Source: Ophelia neglecta (taxonomy: Eukaryota). Taken from it: a stretch of 64,000 nucleotides of DNA. A model generated the notes under the pieces. That model saw only the letters and a list, made by a program, of their open reading frames with translations. It ran no database searches and was not told where the DNA came from. Positions 52,530-64,000 of the stretch are shown here, piece after piece. Position numbers and translations under genes: made by a program. The stretch is from contig OZ260666.1 of assembly GCA_965285935.1 (NCBI GenBank), forward strand, positions 47,430,001 through 47,494,000. Direction: 5' to 3'. The number at the start of each line of letters is the position of its first letter. Positions within the stretch are counted from its first letter, which is position 1.

Positions 52530-52950
52530 TTGCCAGAGAAACATACTGAAGTCACTTGTAGTCCGATTTAAGTTCATTGAAGTAGATACACCGCCAACTA
52601 AGTTTTTTCATCCATTTTGAATCTTTAGGTGCAATTCCGTCGCCGGGAAATCTAAAAATCGTTTCAAACATATTGTAAATTTGTATAACAGTTGTACAAA
52701 AAGGGAACTGATACATTAGAACACAACCCAATAGTAGCTCAAGAATTAATGCAACCAGCATTGAGTCGATCCACATTTTTCAAGGCCCTGTCAATATTGA
52801 AGGCATGTATTTTAAATGTGTTGGTCGAAATGCTTCCAATTACACCAGTTGTCATTTATTTATTTGACGTTCTCATCCAATGCCTCATAATCACGAAACT
52901 ACCACGAATGGTAATTAGCAAGATGGACGTCCTTGTTGTAGGGCTGGTCG
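52530..52950 (+). mobile_element. Decayed Penelope-like element fragment (linker plus GIY-YIG region)
   Basis: Fragments RNILKSLVVRFK (cf. RxxNLKDxLVRAK), NIVNLYNSCTK (cf. NVIYxITCxxC), LKN.CNQH, PHFSRP and ISKMDVLV.GL (cf. WIxKLxTLxPxGLN) occur in the expected order, with many stops and frameshifts. Confidence 0.35.
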
Positions 52951-53954
52951 TTGGCAGCCCTTGATTGCTTCAATGTTTTACTTTTGAATTTACCAAATTT
53001 ACAGCCCCTGTTTTGACTGCTAAGTAAGTTTATGAGTAGCCACACACATGCTAACATAGACTCAGGGGTGTCCTATTTACTTTATGGAAGAAACGCCTCA
53101 TTACAGTTTGCGCATAATATAGATCCAATTTTCAATATTCCATCGCATGTTTCGGGAAACAGTTGGCAATATTGTGCGTAAGTGTAGTTCCAGTTTAGCT
53201 GAAAACGATTCTGTCTTCAATACCTGTCCTTTTTTTTAATAAAATGACGTGTTCTCGCCATCCCATCTTATCTATTAATATACAACTTGTGGGATAGATA
53301 AACTAAACTTGGTTAATTATCGATAAGATTTATAACAACCCATAAGCTAGGTTTAATTGTCAGGCATTAAACGAGATATGTTATGCACAGGCTGCCAACA
53401 ATCAAAAGAAGACCAAAGGTCTTTTGTTCAGTAATTGCCTATGACGAAACTTATTAAGCTGAAACCGTCCTTCTAAACGAAACACCGCACATCTTGCTAG
53501 TTTTATTTTTCGACAGGTGTAAGTAAAACGACGTTATTCATGGCCATGTAATGCTCACCCAATTTTTTACACAAGGTAGCTATAAAAAACGCAACTGTAA
53601 ACAAGAATTGACACTCGTTTTTCCTTGTGGTAATTCAAACGCACCTGCCGAAGAAGAAAATCTCCCATTAAATGGTGGGATGTAAAGGAAATGCTGGCCG
53701 CCGTGACGGCACATAACTAGATATAGCAGATATGCATCCTCGATTCCGCCAATAAGCTAGCTTTTGTGTATATAAACAAGGTACAAAGCATGCTGTGGCT
53801 TTAAAATGGTCTCATTAAGCAACAAACTATCTGTAGATATCTCCGAAAAGATGCTTATTGCGGGGAGTTTTGTCATGACAATACGCATGTAAAAGAAATG
53901 AATCAGCGCGAGGCTTATAAAGGGAGGCTGTGTATTGGATAAATGGGGATCGGA

Positions 53955-54260
53955 GGAGGAGACGTTAGCTTTATACGGTTAGTGGTGCATGAGCTCGATA
54001 TCGGGCAGGCTCATTGCTCGAGTTCCTTGTCCTCATTGCAGTTCATTGTTTCTTGCGAAACGACTAATGCCTTACATTGTCATTCTCCACCTAGGTATGT
54101 GGGATGGGATGAGGTCTCCGATCAAGTGAATTCTAATGGATGTTCATGGCGATTAGGTCTGTGGCCAGGTCTTAATACTCCCCAGAGAGAGGCGATCGTC
54201 CTATTAGAAACTTGGTCCGTTTTCCATGCTATTAATCGAATGCTCCCGGCATAGCACAGT
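53955..54260 (+). mobile_element. Decayed tRNA-derived CORE-type SINE
   Basis: A-box-like ttagctttatacgg, B-box-like gctcgagttcc, then CORE-like tctccacctaggtatgtgggatggg and atactccccagagag. Confidence 0.4.
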
Positions 54261-55311
54261 TATACCGATACACATATGTCGGGAGGCATACAAAGCTAAA
54301 TACGCGAGCATTACAACAAAAGAGTAAAACAAGAATCTTACACTCTTTCAAAGTTGGTAATAATATTCAAGCGCCTATTGTTATATTACCATATCATGGT
54401 CACGCACGCTTTTTTTCTTGTATATTGAAGGAGCGGGCGATTTATGTAAAGATTCGAGTGAGAGATATAACCCTGTTTATCGGAGGCCAGCATTGGCTTT
54501 CATGGCAACGCGGGGTCACGGATATTTTCATAACTGAATTTGGTAATGCTTTGAGGTAGGAGGCCTAAATAACCGAATGACCTGATGGCAGCGATAAATA
54601 ACAATCACAGTCATGTAACAGACGCTTAATATATATTCACTGCCCGCATTAAGGTTACTTCTAATTGAATGAGTTTTACTTGGATAGACATTTACTGAGA
54701 AGGACACAATAAAATAGAGTCCTCAAATAGTGCTTTAGCACGTTAAGAAACCTCTTCTTGGATTTGGCCGTATCTTTGGAAAACATCCGTTCAATACTCA
54801 TTTGAGAGTCATGTGGCGTCTGTCATTCTGGTGTCGCCCTCCAGGGGGCACTTCGTCGACATTTTCATATATGACGAGTACCAATAAAAGGCTGGCTCTA
54901 CTAATGCCAATTCCGAATCTGAAGTAGAGTTTTCTTTCCCTAGAAGTCCCTAAGCACCGTCCTTCAACTTAGAATAAAAGTACTCCCTGGATGCAGTAAG
55001 CTTGAATGACTGTTGGCAGGTGAACTATGAACTGGTCTGGGGCCAAGGACATCACTGGGGTGTAATCAAGACCAACTAAACTCCTTTTTACTACAATACG
55101 TCCATGTGTCCTTGAATGTTGTTCCGTTAACCAATTGCACATATTTTATTAACGACAGGGCAATAACAGTCTTAACTGTGAAGGTGCCAACTTTGATACA
55201 CTCGAGAACAAAGGTTTTGGATATTTTTTTCTAAATTTCTTCCAGGACAAAACTAGATTGTCCACTGCTACCAACTAGCATAGCCGTGTGTACATTTTAT
55301 GTGCGTATATA

Positions 55312-55484
55312 CAGTGAAACCTGTGAATTGGGACCTCCCAAAGGGACTGGAAAATACTGGTCTGATTATGGAGACAGCCTGTTTAGACAGGTTATTTTAC
55401 ATTGAAAGCAGTAGGTTCTTCAAATAAGTGATCTTAATTTCCAGGTGGTCCGCATATAAATGGTCATAAAGACAGGTTTTACTG
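55312..55484. mobile_element. Tc1/mariner-pogo-type MITE (173 bp)
   Basis: TA|CAGTGAAACCTGT...ACAGGTTTTACTG|TA: 13-bp TIR (12/13 match), CAGT termini and TA target-site duplication. Confidence 0.8.
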
Positions 55485-57407
55485 TAGACGCATTTCGGCT
55501 TTACGATTGTAAACAGCTATAGCGTACAGTATTTCTTGTTGAAACAGATTTTGATTTATTAAAATGGGTATCATAAATAAACAATGTGCCAATACATATA
55601 ATCACAATATGTCTTATACTACCACTTCAATTCGCAACATAACGTGTTTTTAGCAAAAATGTCTGCATGGTATTTTATGGCTTGCGTGTATCCAGCCTGA
55701 TCCGACAAAAACTTTTATTTCCATTTTTGACAGGGCAAAATTTTTTCTTCCGAACCCTGGGCTTTTGCATAGGGCTCAGGTCTCAGGCACATTAAGGAAA
55801 TTTTGGGGCTGCAAAAGCCACCTGCGTTTTCCTATTGTATCGTCATCAAAATTAAGGATATGATGACGTCACGCCAGGTGGCATTCGCGGATGGCTTTTT
55901 GTGGCCTTAAACTGTAAGGATAGGTTTAAAATTCAAGATTCCGAAGTAACATTCAAAATACTACCCGATAAGGGTTTGATGTTCGTCTGGGATCTCATTT
56001 TTATCAGTAAATGCCATTTGAATGTACGTGAATAGAGAGCGAGTCGATCAGCAGCGCGTCTGTGAAGATTCTGTTTATCCTTCAGTTCAACATTTCTCTA
56101 AAGAGTCTCATTTGTCACTGCCTTCTTTGCTGTTTCGCATTTGTTCTTTTGCCTGCTGGCGAATAGAAGTATTGGAAACCTCACAACAGCTTAATTAAAC
56201 TCATTCGAGAAAAGAAGGAATATAAAACAATAGCTAGACAAAACACAAAACACAAGACAGTAAAGCATTGTTTGTATTGATTTTAGCATACAGGAACGAA
56301 CATCAACCAAAATTGTATTTTCAAGAGGAAATATTGACGTGGAATGAAGGATGTAAGCAGTCTTCGAGCAACTGGGCTAGTGGTCACTGAAAAATGGTCC
56401 GAATTTCTGTAACTCCGTAATGGTCATTCATCCGTTTTCTGAGGTTTAATCGTTTGATTTTATTGTATATGGGAATAATTTGTTTACATAAAACTATAGT
56501 CATTATAATTGCGTTATTTAGGGTATTCGGGTTGTATCATACTAACATTGAAACATGTCTAATTTTCTCTGTTCTCAATATCGAAGTGGTATTTATTTAA
56601 AGGATATCATAAACAACGAGTTTTAGGTTGAATCGCTGAAACAGAAGGCACAATGCAAGGTTGTAACACGCACAGAAGTGACCAGAATCTTTCGAGGGCT
56701 ATTTACATGGTCGATAACTGGATAATTTCACCAGATTCGTTGAAAACAAGGATGATCTATGGTATTTTAAGAGCTGCCAGTCCTCGTATATTGTAAATGA
56801 CAGGACATCACACTTTAATGCAGGTTCCGACGCCCACTTCATGTCAATACGCCATCCTCTGCTTGTGTAGGTTATAAATATTTTTAAATTAGAATATACA
56901 ACCAAAACTTTGTCTAAGCTTTAATAAACGGGCATGAAAAACGGCATGTGTAGCCACATACCAAACGAAAAAACTAAAGTTGGACTAATATAGTTTTTAT
57001 AAATGAAAGTGATTAATTAATATTTTAAACATTCATAAATTTGAGAAAGTAAATAACAAGATTCATAATATACCGAGCATCATTGTGTGTTTTCCCTGGT
57101 CTATGATAACTATTCCTCTCCTCACAGTCAACCCCCCCCCCCTTAAAATTATCGAGTAGGTAACATAGTTTAAAGAGCATTGAACAGCATATTAACACAG
57201 AAAGTCCTCTTTCCCGGATTATGTTATTTACAGAAATTAAACACATTTATAAACCTTATAAAAGCTTGATTTTCCCATCAAACTGTTTTACGCGAGTTTC
57301 CACGAGCACTTGAAAATCTCATAACAGTCTGTTAATTATTGTAAAAGGAAGTCCATTGTAACATTTAACGCCTGAAAAGAATAGGAATCCTTTTGGTTAT
57401 TATCCCA

Positions 57408-57650
57408 TACAGGAAGGCGACTAGAAAGTCACATGAAACCCGATCCTTTATTTTCTTGGGGCTGAGTGCATTCTTCTTTAAGATATACGCTCATTAAATT
57501 ATTATCTCAGCCTGTCGATTTATTTCGATTTATTATGAAAGGGTAGTGCTTTTTACTGGGTGGAAGAAAAAAGAAGTCACTACCTCTTACAGGAAACGAG
57601 CAAAAGTCATCCGACATCCGAGCCTTTTATTTTGTTAGGTTTGAGTGCAC
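57408..57650. repeat. Diverged direct repeat pair (about 63 bp, period about 180 bp)
   Basis: tacaggaaggcgactagaaagtca...ccgatcctttattttcttggggctgagtgca versus tacaggaaacgagcaaaagtca...ccgagccttttattttgttaggtttgagtgca. Confidence 0.55.
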
Positions 57651-60600
57651 CTTGGGCATCAGCCTTTGTTGATATATATGACAATGTGTAGAACTCCTGC
57701 CTTGCGTGATATAGACGAATACCAGTCAAGTTGTTCGACCCTAATTTTCGCATCTATTGCATTTATGTTCCAGGTATGGTAGATATATTGAGTATGGCCG
57801 AGCCTGTCAACCGTTTCCGACATGGCAGTGGTTACTCATTTGTTTTTCTTCACCAGGTGTCAACGTTTTTTGATGCTACATAAATCTTGATTATAGGCCT
57901 ACTAGAGAGTGTCGGACTTAAATTGAAAGCCAAATTTATTAAATGGTTAGGAAGATTTCCTATATACTTCTTTAGAACCTTTAACCTGTCCCTGTTATGT
58001 TTAATAATGGAGCGACAAATGAATAGATAAGGTAAAGCAACTTGATGAACGCAGACTTTTAAGTATTACAAATCTGTTTAATTTCTGGAATCTTCAATAC
58101 GTTGATACGACTGGTCTACATTTTCTTTCGGTTTTTATTCCTTTGAGAGACAGTGAAGACTGTTACAAGTAAACGTTTTTGCAACAGTACGTGAGTATCT
58201 ATTTCCAAGTACTTGGCGATTATAGTAGAAAAGATGGGTTCCTTATATGGTATGGGTAATGACATTGTATAGTTTGGCTCTCGTTATTACCTGATTGGCG
58301 AAATGTGGTTCTAATGACAATTGCTAGTCAGAAAAAATCTTCGTAAAATATACAAATTGAGAAGTACCCCAACTGCGCTGAGCCAACGGTAGTATAGCTT
58401 TTCTGTAGCATTTTAACAAGAAGCACCTAACCTTAGTGTCCTTATACCGGGGGTTTGATCTCTGCAAGCTCTGCCTGAATTCCCAACTTAGGCCTGATTA
58501 ATTCGTGAACCTGATCAGTGATTTGGTTTGTCTGCCGGGTACCAAGCCCGTTTTCCCATAAGACAATTTGGTCATCGTATTCCTATGTTTACGAATAAGT
58601 GCAAATAAGATTTAAGGCCAGATGATCATCGTTGGTCCAATTGAGCTGTGAAAAACCTCATCCCCCCCTGCTTCACAAACATCATAATGTCTACGAGGAA
58701 TGAATGTATGTCTACGAACGTGGGTAAGATCTGTATATCATAGCTAATTACGAGTGAGTGAACGACTACGCTTATTTGTTATCGGTTAATCATGTATTAA
58801 TTTACACATACTTATTTTTTGCTGGGTCCTTCTAATAGCCAATGCTAATCAAGAGGTGTCCCCAGCCAAATTTGTACATTCTGAAAAACTGCTTTAAGAT
58901 ACTAATAAACTATATATTATATTGTGAAAAGTGTTCATATATCTAATGGTACGAGGAAAATAACATATCGTATATATATGCCTATCGCATACGGAATAGT
59001 AATTAATGTTTACGCTATTACTAGGTACACCATTGACAATAGATAATGTCACGTGGATGTGCGAATAAAAAGCTCACGTGTTCAATACGAAATACACACG
59101 CCATGAATTCCTTCCCACACTCATTTAGCAATTTGATAATGTCATCTAGAAACCACGTATTAAACATTACAATTTGCTCAACATACCCGCCATGAATGAA
59201 ATGCTGAAAGCAAAACTCCCCAAGCCGTGTTAGAAGGAATATATATTATGCTCATGTGTTAACATTTTGTGATCAAAGAAATGCGATGTAGATAAATGTA
59301 GTTTAATGATATTGCGTAGTAGTGTAATGATTTCCAAAGCATCATGGAAAGAGATTGAAAATTATTTAAAGTAATCGTTTAATATATAGTAAGATTAATG
59401 ACAGTAGTCCATGTATTCTGTTATACGTAGGATAGTAAGACAGAATAAAGGAACCAATAGTCCAACACACTATAGAACTATATAGTGAGTCTATACAAGT
59501 AAAGAAGCATGTGTCCCTTTTGAGCGACGCAGTGACTGAGTGGATAATCGCTCTGGTGGCAAATAGCTTAAAACCTATTTCTCTCTCCCCCCCCCCCCCT
59601 CCACCCATTGAAGAAAATTACGGGACCCCTGAGTTCGGTAGCACCTTAAGTGTGTTTGTGGAAATATATTTTTTGTCAATGTTCCGCCTCTATTTGGTCC
59701 AGAAAAGGGAGAAACTTAAGCCCACCAATAGGATAGACCTTGGCAACACATGCGGTGTTCTTTTCCTTACCATTATTTATATTAGTATCATTATTACCAT
59801 GCACTCCTATATATATATATATATTTATATATATATACAGGTTTGCCCAGGGTGCAAAATTGGAAGCGTTCCGGTTCATACTCACCATCCCAAATGCACT
59901 TACTCGTATGGTTTACATAAACAGCAACCAGCCAAATATGAATACTTTCGTTTTAGTTAGGGAGTAAATAATGACTGGTATACAAACAACAAGGGAGAGG
60001 ATAGCCCAACGACAGAGCAAGGTGACCACTAGTCTACGAAACGGCTTGCAGTTGGTAGCAGATCAGGGTAGCGCACTAAGAGAGACATGCTATAACGCGG
60101 CTCCAGCTGGGATTGATTTTAAAAACGATAGGTGCACTGACCCCCTCCCCTCCCTCCTCTCACTCCCCCCCCCCCCCCCATTGAATGCCGCTCATCCAGA
60201 TCATCCAGCAAAATTTGGAAGAAAAAACATGTTCTCTAACAAGCACAACGGGAAACATAATGAAATTTATCAAACGAACTCATTCAGCCCCAGAAAATTA
60301 TAAAGACTAAAGAGAATAATGAATTGAAGCATGCCTTCGGATATGACAGAATGATTATAGTTTCTTTACGCACACCTAAATGAAATTGCCTTATTTTTGC
60401 CGCATGTGTTTTTCTTGTAAACACTCTTGTTATAATGGCTAGAATTCACGATTAGACTCCCGAGTTATAGGGCAGACAAAAGCACAGACTAGATTAAGTT
60501 CAATGGTCTAAGGGACTTCTAGCAATTTGCTGTTCCACATACTATTCCATTATAACCTGGGGCTATCATTCGGAAAGACAATTTTGTACTCCCATATGAG

Positions 60601-60919
60601 AGGTTTGAAGAGACATCATTAAATATTGTTTGGCGCGTTTCTTCCCAGGCAATAAAGAGAATCGCAAAACTACTTGTCGTTGATTGATTGGCCTGAGCAA
60701 TCGCAGGATTTGATCATCAGAATTAACAGTGAAGCTTCCAGAAATTTGAATGATGCCAATACGTCTCAGTCAATATTGTCGAAAAACAGAGCCCTGTACT
60801 TATTCTAGGTTATGATATGGATATCATGAATATGTGCCATTAAATTAAAACTCCATTGAATGGAATAAGATTAATGAAGCTAAAGAGTTTTTTAATACGC
60901 GAATGATCTTGGTGATATT

Positions 60920-61030
60920 CATGTAAATGCAACAAGGTTTGGCAAGCCGCAGGAGCTGTTCAAAAGGAATCCCATCCTTATAATTAAAACAAGTTTTCAA
61001 GTAGTTTGAATGCAGTGGGCGAAAATGCTC
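60920..61030 (-). mobile_element. Possible Penelope RT-thumb remnant
   Basis: HSNYL......KDGIPFEQLLRLAKPC resembles the Penelope motif K.SIPxSQxLRLRRIC. Isolated and short. Confidence 0.25.
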
Positions 61031-64000
61031 TATTTCTGGTGACACTAAAAAAGATAATTCAAAGGGTTATGCTTTACAAGAAAGACATCAGCCTGGAAGC
61101 AAAATTGGTCAATCAATTCAGTTCATGTTCTCCGATAATAAACCTCTAAGGAATGTTTAATGGCTTCATCAAACATCGTTAAGATTGTATACGTTCTTTG
61201 ATATTTGTCTGTTCTGCTATAAATCCAACTGAATTCTGTTATTCTATTTCAGAGGCGGTTAGAATTCTCTTTAAATGTAAATATTTCAACAGCCTTTAGG
61301 CATTCCTGCTTATTTTTATCGCTAAGAAGGTTTATGGCTTACAGCAATGCGTTGTGGCTCAGTGACGTTACTTTAGAAAGAATGCAGGAGGTTAGTTAAA
61401 TAGTGCGACTCAGGAGGGCTCGGTCGCCTAACCAGTTTGTCTACAGCTCATCAGTCTCGGGGGTTGAGCAGATCCAGAAAAGATTACTTACCCATTGAAC
61501 CGGATATGTGTATCACCTGCTCTGATACATCGGCTGTCGAAACAGAATAAACTGGCAAGGAGAGGCAAACGATGATGTCCTAGATGACACAGTGCCCTCG
61601 AATTATATGTCTTTGTATGGCTGGTTAAGCCCAAAGCAAATCAGTACATTGAACATTGATAATAATTAGCCACCAAATACATGTACTTGGCACATAGGCT
61701 ATATACTTTTATCAAAACATATGGTCTTAAATTCTCGTACATAATTGAAATGTTATAAAAATTATAGCAAATTTTATAAACAAATGTTCTAAAGAAAAGT
61801 TATAATATTTTGAGGGGTTGTTTTGGACCATTGATTGACCTTTCTTCCTCTCCCTTGGCGATTTTACCCAGTGATATATATGACAGCGGCTGTATATTTG
61901 GTCTTACATGACAGCACCCTACACAGAAGTACACCTTGATATATATTTTCTTGACAGGCATCTTGATGGATATGCCAATGAAACTCTCACAAGCGGAAAG
62001 GCTACTGGTCCTGTTGTCTTACCCGTATTTTGATTCCTTTTTTAGCCTGCCAAGCCATTGCGTACGACAGCTGTTATTAATTTCTACCTATTGTTTGTTT
62101 TTGTTCATATACACATAGAGCTGAGCTGTTTACTAGTTGCTACCATGCTATGCACACACCCTCTAAAGGGAACTGCAGCAGAGACTGACAGGAGTACTCG
62201 ACAGCAGCAGACTTTCAATTTATTTCCACTTTTACCATTAGTTAACCTACTACGACAGCTGCCTTTACTTGTATTTGCCCAAAAGCAATAATACCTATAG
62301 TTTTGTTTAATTAAACTGGTGCTATGTGGGGTTTTACTAGCCTAATACTTATATATTATGCAATATAAATACATGCTTTCGCAGGAACAGCAACATATGT
62401 CGAGGGAAGTTACTCGGCAGCTGGCAACATTGTTTGTCAATTTAAAGATAATCCATGTCTTAATTCCATTCTTTATTTATAAGCTAGTGAAATTATCTAG
62501 GACGTCACTCACTAATAACAATCCATGCGGTACGACAAAACGACATTCACATTAAATCTATGTTGTAGATTTATCTCACAAAATGTTACCTGCATGTGTC
62601 GGTTAACGGATAAGTTTTACCGTAAAATTGCCAATTTCTTGACCAATCAGAATCGAAAACCAAAAATTCAGTTTTACGGTCACCATGTTCTTAATGTGAG
62701 GTACCAATCCTCAGACAAAAAAGGTTTAATTAGCGTAACAGTCTGCCGATAGTTCGTACATCTCTGGCGAGATCTAGGTAGAGAAGGGTACTACACCTAC
62801 ACTCCGCCTCAGTATTCCTTCTTCTTATAGATTTGTACTTTTAAATCTTTTTACATTCCGAAAACTAGCTTCATTGCTTTTATGCATGTAACTCCACACA
62901 ACGACGTAGTACACAGCATTTTAATTCTGCCGCTTATATGTTATACAAAATTATAATCATTAATATATTTAACTACAATTACAATCTATTGTACGTTGTG
63001 CACTGCAAGCCAAGACAACTTATACTGACCAAGTTTCTTATTTTCTATGGACAGTTGTACTCTACTAACTATAAACCAAAGGAGAAACAGCGAGAATTTA
63101 TTTTCTTATTTTGATCTAACGTGCACGAACACCTTTGTAAGTCATGTGTGCCAGTGTACTGACATGTTTTGAATAATTGTAACGACCAGACAATTAATTT
63201 TATTCAGTTTTTCCAACCAGTATATTTATGATCGTTTTGATCAGGGCCTATTTGCTCCAATTGTTCAAAATAGTGGACGCTCTTATCACTCAATGCTCAT
63301 TTTCACCTTTCTGAAGGTCCCGATTCCTATAGAATCAAACAACCCGAATAGAAGTACGAATAACAATTAACAGATATCTGATCGTGTTTTATCGTACATG
63401 TGCAAATGGTACAAACTCATTAATGGTTACGAAAACTAATGAAAATGGACGGAACTAGTTCCACTATTATTGTGAGTTTAAGGTCAAGTAATTAACATAA
63501 GTCAATATGGCCTTCGCTGATAAATCCATTTACAAACCATTCAAATGATTGAGTGATGTGAGTGAGGAACACATGATAAGCGTACTAATGTCTAAATAAG
63601 CCCAATAAACACATTCAACTGCCAATCAGCCATTATCTGCGGTCCTATTCCGAGCTCGGACGGGCAGGCCCTAAGGAATTTGACGTCTGGTTCCTGATTG
63701 ATTGCCATTCGTGCCTTTATGCAGTAAGAGTTGTCAGCCTCTAAGTGATCACCAATTGACTTTTACATAAGATCGCAGTAGCCAACGCGAATTGGGGAGT
63801 GGCTGGTGGCCAAACAAACACCAGTCACCAGTACAGATATTACCAAAATTGGCAGACAAATGGCCCCTCGGATGATAAATGGGATTCAATATCACTTATT
63901 CTGACCAGCTTCTGTTGATTAAACCACATTATCCACGAACCTTGATTGTATCAACAATTTGTTAACAGTAATTTACTTCATTTGCTATAGAAACTTGGAA

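Noticed and set aside
58370-58640. tRNA gene or other structured ncRNA (also 11810-11960, 61410-61640, 63600-63940)
   Set aside because: Only faint SINE-like words (e.g. ccgggtacc...ttttccc, ggattcaa) and no intact cloverleaf or A/B boxes. Probably old SINE debris that I cannot delimit.
62060-62420. Recurring CGACAGCTG / CGGCAGCTG motifs as a regulatory array
   Set aside because: Only four irregularly spaced, degenerate occurrences, indistinguishable from decayed repeat sequence by eye.

Overview
AT-rich animal genomic DNA, most likely from a spiralian/lophotrochozoan (annelid, nemertean, brachiopod or phoronid type, inferred from the neuropeptide family). Only two protein-coding genes are supportable, and they are convergently oriented. 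(1) On +, an Ebony-like single-module NRPS (A-T-aaNAT-like domains; beta-alanyl-amine synthetase). It has a 2.5-kb coding exon (2817-5357) and a short terminal exon missed by the ORF track (6361-6498), about 892 aa in total. (2) On -, a DLamide-type neuropeptide precursor with a signal peptide and 10 canonical FRxDL-amide copies plus one variant (main exon about 22345-23017). A candidate TATA/CRE/CCAAT promoter and ATG-terminated first exon lie about 15 kb upstream (38110-38420). The rest is non-coding: decayed LINEs (L2, RTE-X-like), Penelope-like remnants, SINE remnants, MITEs, a fold-back element just downstream of ebony, 42-bp and about 67-bp minisatellites, and microsatellites. The palindrome TAGGCCTA is strongly over-represented. 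No prokaryotic systems, CRISPR arrays or intact RNA genes were seen. All family assignments are from motif recognition by eye, not database searches.
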